DNA from: Octopus vulgaris
Taxonomy: Eukaryota
Reading direction: 5' to 3'
Assembly: GCA_951406725.2 (NCBI GenBank)
Contig: OX597817.1
Span: 112,902,001-112,966,000 of the forward strand
DNA: 64,000 nt
The position numbers were made by a program, and so were the translations under genes. Under the pieces are notes generated by a model. It was not told where the DNA came from. It saw only the letters and a program-made list of their open reading frames with translations, and searched no databases. Shown piece by piece: positions 1-13,497 of this stretch (position 1 is its first letter; every line of letters begins with the position of its first letter).

Positions 1-35
1 TCTTATTTTGCAACTGTCAGATGATGGAGTCACTT

Positions 36-153
36 GTCTTGCCAAAGACTACACAGGGAGTGAGTAAGACAGATAGATCCTCACCAGTTTCCTTGTCTTG
101 CCAAAGACTACACAGGGAGTGAGTAAGACATATAGATCCTCACCAGTTTCCTT
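36..153. repeat. Tandem duplication, 2 x 59 bp
   Basis: GTCTTGCCAAAGACTACACAGGGAG...CCAGTTTCCTT at 36-94 and 95-153, one mismatch. Confidence 0.95.
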
Positions 154-811
154 AGATTCGAAATTTTACTCTATTTATTATATTCAACCATTTTACTGTT
201 TGCTCTGCATTCAAATTCCATCAGTATTAACTTTGCCTCTCATCTCCCTGACTTTGTTATTATTTTATGGTTATTTTTACATGCTGGCATAGATGTGACA
301 AAATATACTGAGATAATATCCTATGGCCATAAACCTTTACTGTCAGTAACCATTATCTGTCTTTCAAATATTTTGGTTCCACTGATCCTCACATATCAAA
401 ACCATTGATCTATAGAGTGTATCGCATTTAGGGCATGTAAACATGATATCACTGTGACTCAAATGGTATTAAGCAAAGACACATGGAAAAGGAACTGTCC
501 CAACCACACACATGCAAACACACATGTATGCACATATATATACATAAATATGTGTATGTTTTGATGGAATGGGTTGGTATCAAAAATTGAATGAAAGGGA
601 TCCTTGGTTGAATGTCTCTAAACCAAGTGGAGCACAGAATATGTGTTCAGTGTGTGATCTGCATTTTAGTGGTGGCTGTGGAATTTAGCACCATGGATTC
701 AGTCAGTGTGCAATATCTTTGGGATTATTTAGTAGCCTTAGTCAAGGTCTGATTTTGCCAAGATACATACATACATACATACATGCATATATATATATAT
801 ATATATATATA

Positions 812-1125
812 TAAATTCAATTAGAGGATATGTTAACCTCATGAAGGGATGGTTGCATCCAAGGAAATATTGGTTCAATACCTAGTATTGTTGGGGAATT
901 AAATTCCCTTAAAACAATAGGTATATATTAAGCATATAATTTATATACAGTTAAAGGAAAAAAAGGAAATGGAGATAAGGAAGTTAACAATTATTTATTA
1001 TTAACAAATTGGTCATCTTCGCTTCTTACAGCCGTTTCAATTAATACTCAATAATTTAATTATAAATTTGTACATTAAATTTGCATATATGTGACATGAG
1101 TATAATTTCATCAGAGAAAAAAAGA
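812..1125 (-). mobile_element. Penelope-like element terminus (pLTR) abutting a (TA)n tract
   Basis: Carries a hammerhead core and begins right after (TA)n. Its first ~80 bp resemble 63005-63090, which also follows (TA)n. Confidence 0.55.
1023..1118 (-). ncRNA. Type I hammerhead ribozyme motif
   Basis: Minus strand: TTCT-CTGATGA-aattATACTCA...TGAGTATtaatt-GAAAC-GGCT-GTA-AGAA. Helix I TTCT/AGAA, near-palindromic helix III ACGGCTGT, GUA cleavage triplet. Confidence 0.75.
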
Positions 1126-1519
1126 TGGACCTATCAATTCATTTCAGCAGACTGAATATATATATTGTTATACTTTGGGATGGCCATATTTTGCCAAGTA
1201 TACACATACACACTATATATTTGGTCTTCACTTCAGCTTTATTTTTATTTTTTTAGTGTCTTTGTCCAAGCTCTTTCATCATACATCCTGTGATCTCATT
1301 AGCGATACTTTGTCCCACATATCTCCTCTTATTCTGCTTAGTCCATCATGCACACACACACACACACATGTACATATATAATCAACTGAATAATTAGGTA
1401 CAATCAATGATCTTTCTCCATGTTGAATTATTATTGTTTGGTGAGCAGTCCAGATGTAACTGTCCTGTCTTCATCTATGACATAATACATTGAGAACATA
1501 ATAAGCCAATATGTTCATT

Positions 1520-2240
1520 CAGATATAATTAGGTTGGAATTTGAAAGAGACATGGTTGCGGTTACATGAAACCAAATAACAGAGAAATTATTAGTCCCAC
1601 TTTTATATCATTACACTGTTCATTAGACATACATATTATTACAGTCCATCCATCATCTTGTTACACTGTACACTACATACATTTCAGAACATCTATTATA
1701 CACTCTGCCAGATACATTATCACAGTACATTCTCCATAATGTTACATTCTGCACCAGACATGTTATTATCTATTATATTGTTATACAGACACATTATTAT
1801 TATACTGTACACAAGATATTGTTACATTATACAACAAAGAGCAACATTATTATAGTCCTTCTATAATATTGTTACACTGTACGCTAGCCAAGTTATTAGT
1901 CCTGCTTTTATATTTTACACTGTATATTAAATAGCCACATTGTAACAATCCTTCTACTATAGTGTTACATTGTACACTAAATGGTATTAAGCAAAGACAC
2001 ATGGAAAAGGAACTGTCCCAACCACACACATACAAACACACATGTATGCACAGGTATGATTTTAAACCACATCCAGTAGTGGGGCCTTGGTTCAGGAGTT
2101 CCAGGGTTTTAGAGGAGTGTGGGACCACCTCTTAGTCACTACTGTTTCCAGATTTATTACAGTCCTGCTATTATATTGTTAAATGGTATACCAGGTAGTT
2201 GTATTATTATAGTCTTATTATACTGTTACACTGAAAGGTT
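1520..2240. repeat. Degenerate ~38-40 bp minisatellite
   Basis: Recurring variants of ATATTGTTACACTGTACACTAG..CATTATTACAGTCC; more copies near 2550-2660. Confidence 0.7.
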
Positions 2241-2871
2241 GACAGAATTGTTAGCATGTTGGGCAAAAAGCTTAGCAGTCTTTTTATTCCTCTTTATATT
2301 CTGTGCTCAAATTTCACTAAGGTTGCCTTTGCTTTCCATCCATTTTGGGGGCTCTTCCCTCTTAATAAATAAGAAAGCAAAATAGAGTTTGCATCCATAT
2401 AACTTTTATTTTCCACACACCTCGGTTTTTTCAGAATTATAGTTATTTAAAAAAATCTTAATTTTATTAAACATCAAAATTTTTTGCACTTTTTTCTAAA
2501 TCTCACAGGCTCTTACTTTTATCTTACCCTCTTCCACCATAAGAAACATCAAATTAGACACAATATTACAGTACATCATTTTACACTGGACACCAGACAA
2601 ACACATTGTTATAGTATATTTGTTGTATTGTTACACTACTGTATGCTAGACACATCAATTTATTTTATTGATCTAAATTCAAATTTTTGTTTTATTGAAT
2701 TTTGATTTCATTAAAAAAATGTATTGTTTGTTAGTGGTAGATGTTAGTTAAATTTTTTTTCTTTTTTTTTGAAAAAGATCAAACCTTAGAATGTTTTGTG
2801 TTAGAGGAGATTTGATAGCCAATAAGGCCAACTGGAAAGAAGATTATTTTACAGACTCTACCAATACACAT

Positions 2872-3430
2872 TCATCATCATCATCATCATCATCATCATT
2901 TAACATCTGTTGTCTATGCTGGCATGATGCTTTGACCAGAGTTGGCAAGCTGAGGAGCTCCAGTCTGATTTGACATGATTTTCTACAACTGGATATGTAC
3001 CTAATGCCAACTACTTTACAGAGTGTGCTGGGTGCTTTTATGTGGCACCACACACGCACTTTAACATGGTACCACACGGGCAGTTTTATGTGGCACTGTA
3101 CAGGTGCTTCTACATAGTGCTGCGCAAGTGCTTTTATGTGGAACCACCACAAGTGCTTTACACTGGTCTTAACACTTCTGCTATGAAATACAGGTCTTCT
3201 TGAGTACAGCAAGGTGCCAGGCATCTTGGTCCTTTGTCATCTTGCTTGAAAAGTTCAGTGTCCTGAGGTCATTCTTCATCCCAAGTCTTCCTAGGTCTTC
3301 CACTTCCACATGTTCCATCTATTTTGAGAGATCAGCACTTCTTTATGGAGTTGTCAGCATCCTTCTACATCACATGACCAGACCAGTGCAATCTTTTCTC
3401 TTGCACACAGCAACTAATTCCTCTTATGCC
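2872..3430 (-). mobile_element. Decayed RTE-clade LINE 3' end with (GAT)n tail
   Basis: (TCA)n tail then TTTAACATCTG..ATGCTGGCATG, the same 3' terminus as 22165 and 22601; internal TGCTTTTATGTGGCAC subrepeats; decayed C-terminal coding remnant near 3280-3410. Confidence 0.65.
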
Positions 3431-3634
3431 TATTATATCAAATGACCATATAGAAGCAGTTCTTTCACAGGCTTGAGCAATATTGATGAAGAGAAAATCA
3501 GTATTACTAATAGGTAAATAACAATCTAAAGATTAAGTTTTGTGGTCTAACCATATCTCCTGTTCATCTATCAGAGTGATGAGGGTCATCTAGCTATCCT
3601 AAGGGATGACTAATGACTTGCACAGTGACTTTGT

Positions 3635-3860
3635 TTAACTCTTTGTATTCAGATTTCTTTCTGAAATGTAATAATTATTTATTCACATTGATAAAAATTG
3701 TCATGCCTTACCTTGTAGATTTGAGATTTCAATAATGTGATTGTTTATTTTTAGAATGATATTGTAGGGTAAGTGTGGGAGTCCAGATCTGGCCAGTTTG
3801 AAGATAAAACAGGGAGATTATTTTGACTGGATATGGCTGGTTTAAATGTTAAAATGTTAA
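3635..3860. mobile_element. TTAA-bounded (piggyBac-type) MITE
   Basis: TTAA at both ends with imperfect TIRs; homologous to 7222-7449 and, inverted, to 61119-62105. Confidence 0.55.
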
Positions 3861-5784
3861 AGTGAAGAAGAGCTGCACATTGTTGACCTCACTCTCTTGT
3901 CCATGACAATCTTCAATCCAGGTCAGGATGACTGGGGATAGATACATTTGCAGCAGATGACCAAGATGTTGGTCATCTTGCTTCACATTACTCTCTGCAG
4001 TTCATAATGTTACAACTTCCTTCCTCTCCATTGAACTATGAAGGTTTCTTCTGCTGAGTACGCCAGATCCAGTCTTCACATATATAGTTAAGCAAGCCCT
4101 AATATGCTAAATAATCAATAACTGGGAGCCTAACATGTGCTACTACTCTGCATCAGAGTAAATCTGGAAACAGTAGTGACTAAGAGGTGGTCCCACACTT
4201 CACTAAAACCCTGGAACTCCTGAACCAAGGCCCCACTACTGGATGTGGTTTAAAATCATACCTAAGATAAAAGCATATACATTCATGCTCTGAAAGGTGT
4301 GACATTTCTTGTTTTGGCTATAGAAAATAAGTTTTTCTTTTAACAACATTATTTTAAATTCAATTATCTGCATTTGCTCCTATTGTGTAATTCTAATATC
4401 AGCTTATTCTAAATAATCATCAATTTTTTAAAATAAATATTTTAATTGAATGATTAATATTTAAATTCTCCAATACTTTTTCTTTTTATTTAAAAAAATC
4501 AAATTTTAATTAGATTTCAGCAAAATAAGCTTGGGTTATTAATACCTATGAAAAAGAATCTATAATTAAATGTATGATGAATATTCTATTTTGTGCTTTA
4601 ATCAAGGAAAAAAAATTAGATTAAAAATTTTTACAGGTTTATAAGTTATTTTATTTTTTCTATTACATGATGATGAAATTTTTAAATTGATGAAATCTTT
4701 TTTTAAAAATTGTATAAAAATTTAAATTGATTTGTATCAGTCAAAATTTTGAAAACCAGCTTCTACCAACACTATCTTTAGCTTTGGTTTATGAAAACAT
4801 TTCAGTTTTATCAATTTGAAATACCATACTGAGAAATGATTGGGTGATAAAAATTCCTATTGGTTTATTACAAGTTTTTGAAAAGTGGTGATTGCACAGG
4901 GAAAGAGTAAATGCTGAAAGGCTGGGAATCATTGGTTTATGCCAATAGGCTTATTGGAAAAAAGTTAAACCATTCATTAGATCTTAATCTTGAGTATGAT
5001 AATACTGATTATTATAATCATCTTCATCATTGTTTTAAGTAGTTTTAAAAATATTGTCACAAATTGAATGAGTCTGCAGCAAAACACATCACTGTTTGGT
5101 TCAACTGTGACATGTCACCTGTGACCTTGAAACATAACTTTTTGAGATCTGATCTTAACACTTCCTGTACTTGCATTTTTCCTCAGCCACAGCTGCTTTC
5201 CAGTATCAATACATGCCAACCTTTCTTCCACCAGATATCATCAGTTTGCATATATGGCCATCACAGCACAGTTGCATTTCCTGTATCCATCAGCTATTGA
5301 CTTCAGTACCCAACCATTTTCTTATCTCACTTTAAGTTAAAATTGTACATTAGCCTCTGTAAATTTTCCACATTCAAGATACATGTATCATTACCATTAC
5401 AGCATTACATTTATTGCATGTGTTTACAATATATTTACTGGTAAGTTTAGCCAGAAATAATGGCAAACCGAAAACTGAAATCAAGGAATTTCATTTTGAT
5501 CATGTTGAAGAAAGCAAAACTCTAGAGAGAACACAACTGAATGGTAGAGTTTTAGGTCTTAAAATATTGAAGTAATACAATTGCCATTTCATCTTTATCA
5601 GTATCTTATTTTCATAATGATGTTCATGATGATCATATCATCATTTGTCTTACATTAATTGTTTTATATTGTCTTGGAATAAATACCTTCCACAAGGATT
5701 GTAGGTACTATGCTTTGACAACTTTTTCATTTTTACTGGAGAGAGAGACATTTCAATTTCAAATTTATATTTCCTAATAAATAG

Positions 5785-5990
5785 GGACAGGCACGGTTGT
5801 ATAAGAAGTTTGTTTTCCAACCACATGGTTTCAGGTTCAGTCCCACTAAATGGCACCTTGCGTGAGTGTTTTCTACTAAAGCTCCAGGCTAAACAAAGCC
5901 TTTGTGAGTGGATTTAGTAGATATATGCATATGTATGTTACGGTTGCTTTGTCTTAACTTTGCATGATAGGTGTAAATGAGTATTACTGT
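5785..5990 (+). mobile_element. Decayed tRNA-derived SINE, 5' part (family of 7631)
   Basis: CCAACCACATGGTTTCAGGTTCAGTCCCAC..GGCACCTTG..GTGAGTGGATTT. Confidence 0.75.
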
Positions 5991-6271
5991 CAGATATAAA
6001 AGGTTAATGGTTCCCATCTTAATATGCAGAAGAGTAGGTAGAGATTAACAGATACACAGGAGTTGTACTAGGATGAAAGGCAGGTTGATGGTAAATGTAG
6101 ACTTTGTATGAGGTATGCATATGAGTGTTTAGTAGTCGAACCACCAGCAAAATAAACTCTCTCCAATACTTGGAACTCTCCATAGCAGTAGTTGATAGCT
6201 TCTATTTCCTGGGTGATCTAGCCATTAGTGAAAGATGGTGCTCTGAAAGCATAGCAGCCAGAAATAAAACA

Positions 6272-6795
6272 GTAGTTTTATCTTTCTATTATTTGTTTCA
6301 GCCATTGGACTGTGGCCATGTTGGGGTTTTACCTTAGAGGGTTTTGTCAGACAAATCAACCCCATACTTATTTTTTAAGGTCTGGGACTCACTCTATTGG
6401 CCCCTTTTTGCCAAACCACCATGTTACAGATACATAAACAAAGAAAACGCCAGTTGCCAAGTAGTGGATGAAGGGTGGGGGTGGGAGGTGGGGCAAACAC
6501 AAACACAAGGAGACATCAAATACATATATATACATATATATAACAGGCTTCCACAAAGTTTCTCTCAACCAAATTCACTCACAAGGCACTGGTTAGCCCA
6601 AGGCTTTACTACTGGGTTGGTGCGAAATTAACGACTATTTTATAATTTAATTTACAACAGAATTTAGAATACAAAAGTGATCATTAATTATGCACCAACC
6701 CAAAAGAAAACACTTACCTAAGGTGCCATCCTGTGGGACTGAACCTGAAAATATGTAGTTGCAAAGGAAGCTTCTTTACCTCATAGCCAAGCCTA
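6272..6795 (-). mobile_element. tRNA-derived SINE (family of 7631) with an internal MITE
   Basis: Reverse complement of the 7631-8040 head and tail (TGTTTCAGCCATTGGACTGTGGCCATG; AAGGTGCCA..GTGGGACTGAACC). Confidence 0.8.
6612..6703. mobile_element. ~90 bp mariner-type MITE
   Basis: TIRs CTGGGTTGGTGCGAAATTAA / TTAATTATGCACCAACCCAA, preceded by TA; interrupts a SINE. Confidence 0.75.
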
Positions 6796-7221
6796 GGGAG
6801 TGCGCAAAGAATTATAACATTTGCTGACAACATAGTTCTTATACAAGCATCATAAAATCAATCCTTTGCTCTTCAGGCAAGATAGGGTAAATTGTATGAC
6901 ACTTGTGTACAGACTACAATACTGTATATAGTGGTAATACGAGGACTGAATAAAGAGGATGTGTAAAAGCTGGAAAGACATGAAGCAAGCATGCTCAACT
7001 GGATGTGTAATGTTGGTATGAATAAATGACAAAGCACATATGAACTGAGAGAAAAATACTGTATTTTAAGTAATTAGGTGTACTGCGCAGCAATGAGGAC
7101 TATATTGGTACAGGCATGTAGTGCATATGGATAATGACAGCTGGATAAAGAGGTGCCAAAACATTCATGTGAAAGGAAAATGTTGGAAACAGAAAACCAA
7201 GGAAAACATATGTAGAATTGT

Positions 7222-7449
7222 TTAACCTTTTAGCATCCAGATTACTTTGTCGAATCTAAGGTTTATTTGTTCACATTGCTTTGAATTAGTCAAGCATTGC
7301 CTTTTAGCTTTGAAATATCTATGACACAAAGGGACCCTAACCCTAACCCTAACTTGTTTATTTTAAGAATGGCATTGTAAGAAGAGTGTGAGAGCCTGAA
7401 TCTGGCCAGTTTGGACATAAAACTGGCTGGATATGACTAAATGAATTAA
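7222..7449. mobile_element. TTAA-bounded MITE, second copy
   Basis: Starts TTAACCTTTTAGCATCCAGATTACTTTGTC; homologous to 3635-3860. Confidence 0.55.
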
Positions 7450-7630
7450 GCTGATTTCAGGATGCTAAACTTCATGAAGGAGATGAGAAAATAGCATAAC
7501 AATTAGTAGGACAGTGTTGAAGAGGACTTGTCCAAAGCAAGAAACAATGAATGCACAAACGATGATGATAAAGTATATTTTAGCTTCTTAAATTTGTTTA
7601 GATGATTTTTTGATATTTTAAACATATTTA

Positions 7631-8043
7631 TAGGCATAGGAATGGCTGTGTGGTAAGTAGCTTGCTTACCAACCACATGGTTTTTGGGTTCAGTCCCATA
7701 GCGTGGCACCTTAGGCAAGTGTCTTCTACTATAGCCTCGGGCTGACCCAAGCCTTGTGAGTGGATTTGGTAGACGGAAACAGAACGAAGCCTGTCGTATA
7801 TATGTATATATACATATATATGTATGTATGTTTGTGTGTCTGTGTTTGTCCCCCCATCATCACTTGACAACCGATGCTGGTGTGTTTACGTCCCTGTAAC
7901 TTAGCGGTGCGGCAAAATAGACTGATAGAATAAATACTAGGCTTACAAAAAATAAGTCCTGGGGTTGATTTCTTTGACGAAAAGGCAGTGCTCCAGCATG
8001 GCCACAGTCAAATGACTGAAACAAGTAAAAGAGTAAAAGTGAG
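7631..8043 (+). mobile_element. Full-length tRNA-derived SINE with central (TA) tract and LINE-like 3' tail
   Basis: A-box-like TGGCTGTGTGG and B-box-like GGGTTCAGTCCC; 3' CCAGCATGGCCACAGTCAAATGACTGAAAC plus (GTAAAAGA) tail; multiple copies in window. Confidence 0.9.
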
Positions 8044-9029
8044 TATATTTACTTCTTGTTTTTAGTTTTTATTTCAAGTTTTTTTGCAAAATTTTTATGG
8101 GAATAAACCATATTTTGTTACAGAGTACTAGCCTCCTGTCTTTCTTAAGTTCTAAATGATTTGTTTCATTGATTATTATATGAAATGTAAATTATTACTA
8201 TCTTGATAAGAATATAATTTTTTCAACTTTTATTTGCTCCACTGATAACTTATTTTTTATTTAAATTTAATATTGTTATAAAATAGAAAATTGCAAGTCA
8301 ACTTATTTATATCCTTAAAAAAACTTTTGCTTATAAATTTTTCAAGCTCTCTTTTTTTTTACCTACAATTTTCATTGTAAGAAATTCTTTATTGATATTG
8401 AACTGATATCATTGAACACTAATTTTGTAACATCTCTTATGCTTTGCTTTATGATTTTATGTATGAACAGTGACTTGTTCAAAGTTTCAAATTTCAGGGA
8501 CTCATTTTTATGTTTTTCAGCTGTTGGAATTACCCATTAGTCATATCTACATTAAACATCCTTTTCATTCACACAATTATTGAACCAATTCTAATGCAAA
8601 TTTGACTTACTTCTTTTCCTTCTTCTCATTCATAGAATACTCAATAACCTGACTATTTACAATTTTTTTTAAAATCCCAATTTTTAACTTCCTCCCTCAC
8701 TCCACTGTTTCTTTTACATTTATACATACTTTCATGTTTTACACACACACACACCACCACCACCACCACCCTCACCATTATCATCATCATCATCATCATC
8801 AGTAGCTGATATATATATTAAAAAAAAGAAGCACACTCTAAAGCATTAGAGCAATACTTCTTTTTCTTTTTGAAGATGCTGTACTTCCTAATATATATAA
8901 AAGATCAAAGCTTCATAAGGCTAGTTTCCTGGATTCTGTGGAAAATATATTCCTTCCCATCCACTGGACGTAGGAATTTTTCGAAAGAAGGGCACAAGGT
9001 CAGAAAGGAATACAATTTCAAAAGAAAAG

Positions 9030-9121
9030 GGCGTATCAACATTATTTAGAAAGGCGCACTTCTTTTCTTGAGGGTGGAGGGCACGTGCCCTTCGGCCCCA
9101 CCCCCTTGGGTCCGCCCTTGG
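9030..9121 (-). mobile_element. GC-rich non-autonomous DNA transposon end (hAT-like)
   Basis: Minus strand begins CAAGGGCGGACCCAAGGGGGGTGGGGCCGAAGGGCACGTGCCC; only one end found. Confidence 0.4.
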
Positions 9122-9295
9122 GACAGGACGCAGGTCCGTCGTAGGATTACTCATTTTCCCAGCTGAGGGGACTGGAGTGACGCGAAATAAATGTTTTGTT
9201 CAAGAACACAAGGAATCACTCAGTCCAGGAATCGAAACCACAATCTTATGATTATAAGTGCAACACCTTCACAACTAAGCCACGTGCCTACACGC
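9122..9295 (-). mobile_element. tRNA-derived SINE (family of 53416)
   Basis: GGAATCGAAACCACAATCTTATGAT..CAACTAAGCCACGTGCCT is the reverse complement of the 53416 head. Confidence 0.8.
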
Positions 9296-9468
9296 ACACA
9301 TATACATAATTTGTTATCTCATTATGGTTTGAAAAGCCAGATTTGGCGAAACTTTGCGGTCACAGTCACCGTTCGAAATAAATTTTTAATTCTATGAATT
9401 GTTTTAACATTTGTAATTTTTACGTAATTAAAAACTCAGAATACAGAGCAGGAAGTGAAAGAGAAAGA

Positions 9469-9471
9469 AAG

Positions 9472-9545
<74 letters not shown>
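9469..9545. repeat. (GAAA)n/(GA)n microsatellite
   Basis: Direct sequence; further (GA)n at 11029-11051 and 13440-13495. Confidence 0.95.
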
Positions 9546-9547
<2 letters not shown>

Positions 9548-11865
9548 TGTGTAATCGGGATGAAAATATATAGAAATATGAATAGATGTATAAAAGACAA
9601 TGTACAAGAAATAAAATGATTTAAAAATTGTTCCCAAGTACATGAAATATTGAAAAAGAGACATAGGGATTGTGTCATAGGTAGAAAATGACGAGGAAAT
9701 GTCAAGAAAAAAGTATGATTAAATAGAGATATTTATTTTTTTTAAAGGATAGCTATTATATAGATGTGGCAAAAATAATTGAAGACAGAAAGATAAAAAG
9801 GTATGTTAATTAATGGAGCGAGGAGGAAGATATAAAATCAGGCATTTATGCTGATAGATTAAGATATATGAAAGATGGATAGGTGGAGATGAGACAACGT
9901 TCCGATGATGTGACTGAGAAGAATACGAAGGACTATGACAGAATGGTGAATACGAATGGAAAGAGAGAGAGAAAGAGAGACTTATACAGAGAAAGAGAGA
10001 AACTTATACGGAGAGAGAGAGGGAGAATTTTGCAGAATACATACATTAAGATGGTTCGACGATGGAAATTTTTATATTATATGATAAAAAAATTAAATTA
10101 AAGAGAATGTAAAAAAAAAAGAATGAGAGCGAAAGTGAAAGCGAGTGAAAAGGAAAAACAAAAAAGAAAAAGATAGCTAGAAAGACAGAAGGAAAAAGTG
10201 AAAATAAAGGAGAAGTTTATGTAAGCCTCGTTCTGAATATAAAACTATGAATTATGAATAATTTTGTGCTGTTGAGTTTCGCTTCTGAGAAGATGCTTGT
10301 TTCTGAGATGATCATAGTAGGAATTGTATCTTACTTATAGCTGCTAGTACCGTAGTCGTACTAATAACTGGTCAGCAGGAACCACCTCAAAGAGGCAAAA
10401 TAGGCAGGGAAGAAGAGACGAAGAAGAAAACGAGTGACTTACAACAGACACAACATTGGAAACTTCCTAATCAAAGACATTCCAATAAGCTTGCCAATTA
10501 AACAACGAGAATTTCTTCCTCTCGCTCTTTCTCTCCATCACACACACACACATACATATATTTCCGGGATCCAAAGTAATTTGCTAACGTGTTTATATTA
10601 TATATATTTAATGTGTTGATTTTTTTTTCAATCACTATTGAAGTGAGGTGGAAAGTAACTCAAAAAACGATTCTTCTCCACCAACGCATAAAGAAAGAAA
10701 AAGTAGAATCGAAAGAGTAGGGATGACTGAATGGTCAGTATTTGGGTGAGATCGTTCATTAGATTATTAAACTGTTGACTTTTTCTTCTTCTTCTATCCC
10801 TGTATTCCTTTTCTTGGTCATTCATTTTTTTCAAGTCACTATTTTGTGGTCAGCCCAGGTTAAATAGTCTGGTGCTCTGTGATAACTAGTGGATGGATGC
10901 ATGGATACTTCACAGATAGATATATTATATTCTGGTTTGGCATTAGAATATCACGGACTACTGAGACTGAATTAAACTCTGGTGAGAGAACTGAGTTTTA
11001 TATTTAAAGAACTTGCTGCGTTTATAAGGAGAGAGAGAGAGAGAGAGAGAGAAGAGGAAAGATATCAATCTAGATAGAATATCATATATACATGATAAAC
11101 GCATATATTTGATCAAACATATATAGTTCATCTATCTATACATACATATCTAGTTAAAGAGCGAGTATTCCTTAGCAGTCCTGTCCTTTTTTTCTGTCTC
11201 TCCTCCTCTATTATCCCTGCTTCTCTTCTCTCGTTCTCTAACCCCCACCCTCTTTATTCGTTCTGTGTCACAGTATCTTCACTGTCCGTCAGTGATGGTC
11301 CGGGAATACAATCGACCACTATCTCTGGTTGTCATGGCACTATTTTATTCATTTATCATTTATTGAGCAAAGATGCTGCTGCTAACAAGGAAGAAGCTAC
11401 GACCGAATTAGGCGCAAGGGAAAGAGAAGGGGGAAAAAGAAAAAGAAGAAGAGGGAAGAAAACAACGTGAGTAGAGCAGAAAGTGAGTGGGATAAAAAAA
11501 GAAAAACAAAAAAAAAGGACGATAGGAAGAAATAGAAGGAGAGAAAAAACGAGAGAAGGGGGGAGGAAAAATAGTGAATCAAAGAAGAATGAAAGAGATA
11601 ATAATAATTGTTATAACATTGTAAAAAGCAAGTCATGAGAGCACCGTTATCTTATTTAATGTTGATTTAAGGCCGGGAATCTAAACGTATAAGAACACAC
11701 ACACACACATTTATATATAATATAAATATTATTATATATTTACACTGAGTGGATTATTTAGTGAGACAGGTGAGAGACGAAAATTTTAACAAGAACAACA
11801 GCTACAACGTTGAGAAAATCGCTTCTAAGATTTGTAGCTTTCGAGTCTTTCGACTGTTGTAACTT

Positions 11866-11933
<68 letters not shown>

Positions 11934-12334
11934 TATGGAGTATTGAGTATATAGAAATTTTTACTTAACGACGAAAATCGGAGGCATTTACCAACAATTT
12001 GCAGAAAAAGAAAAAAAAAATTGCAACTCGAGATTTATAGTTTCGAGCCTGCTGTGTAAACGTGCAAGAAATCAAGGGTCGACACAATTAAATGTAGAGA
12101 AGGAAATGAGAAATAAATCATTGTAGGTAAGTAAAATAGAAGTAGATGGAGATGAGACGATGCGGTATGATACCTATAATTGAGTGTGTGTGTATGTGTC
12201 TATGTATGAATGTATGTGTGTGCGTAACTACGTACACATTTTTAATGTTTATATACACATACGTGTAAATATTTTGAAATGTTATTACATATTCACTCGT
12301 GCTGAGAAATGAAACTATACATGTTTGTTCATTA

Positions 12335-12367
<33 letters not shown>

Positions 12368-12526
12368 CATATTATTTAAAACTTTGGCATTTAAAAAAAA
12401 AGTACAGAGTAATTTAACTAGAGACATAGATTATGTATGAATGAAAATGTTTGTCAAACACGCTACGTCTAGCATACATGATAATGTGTTTGTTTGATCG
12501 AGTGTGTGCATGTTCTGTACACATAC

Positions 12527-12614
<88 letters not shown>

Positions 12615-13457
12615 CAATTTTCTTCTTGTTGAAAATAAACCTTTAAATATTCGATTTGTGATAATCGATATTTCAGGTAGTTTATTTTCTTCATAAGTCA
12701 CTAATGCTCTTTTTATGGTTGTTATTACTTTTATTATTATTGTCGTTAAAAACACCTTAATGTTATTATTATTATCGATGTCACCTTCTTTTCTCGATTC
12801 CTAGTTGTAGCCATTTCACTTCATTGGTGCCATTCAAGCCATTGGAAAAGGCATAAACTTCACAACATCTCAATTTGCCTTTCCGTTATGACTGACTGAT
12901 TGATTGAAGTCTTGTGCGATATACCTTTGAAGGAAATCAATTTGTATAGTTTGATCAGTCATCATCGTTTTTACCGTTGTCATATCTCCGCCACCACTAT
13001 TAATACCTATCGTTTGGCAAATTGTTAGTTGTCAACTTGCAACAGGTTTACCATTAATCACCTGCGATAGTAAATGGTGATGATTGTACAAGATGAGATG
13101 ATGACCCTTAATGACTAACTTGCGCATTTATTACCGTAAATATTCTTGTGACTGTTACCAAAAACTGTTTAAACCACTATTAAACCTTGCTGACTGAACC
13201 GGTTTCATGACAATCAAGATATTCTACCACTAGGTTATTATCGATATAGTCTTCAAATTCAACTGCATCTTTTGGTTCTGCTGTTTAAGTATTATTTCTA
13301 GACAACTGGTAGGTATAATATGAAAGACAAAAATTCCAGATTCAAATATGTCTGTTATTAGTCGCACCAAATAACTAATTAATATACATTTATCATTTGT
13401 AACAATGACTTTCAAGTAATAATAATAATGATCATGATGAGAGAAAGATAGAGAGAG

Positions 13458-13497
<40 letters not shown>

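Larger units (their letters stand above)
6080..7570 (+). mobile_element. Old RTE-clade LINE remnant split by nested insertions
   Basis: Decayed matches to the RTE at 40431 (e.g. GCAAGCATGCTCAACTGGATGTGTAATGT, TGGTACAGGCATGT), ending in a GATGATGAT tail at ~7560. Confidence 0.55.

Noticed and set aside
1520-2240. Regularly spaced repeats as a CRISPR-like array (also 24078-25310)
   Set aside because: Eukaryotic context, degenerate tandem units without unique spacers, no cas genes
5064-5300. 78-aa ORF in a GC-richer patch
   Set aside because: The opposite strand resembles a heavily decayed RTE C-terminus rather than a host exon
7631-7710. tRNA-like A/B boxes here and at 38933-39242 and 53416
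   Set aside because: These are SINE heads followed by SINE bodies, not cloverleaf tRNA genes
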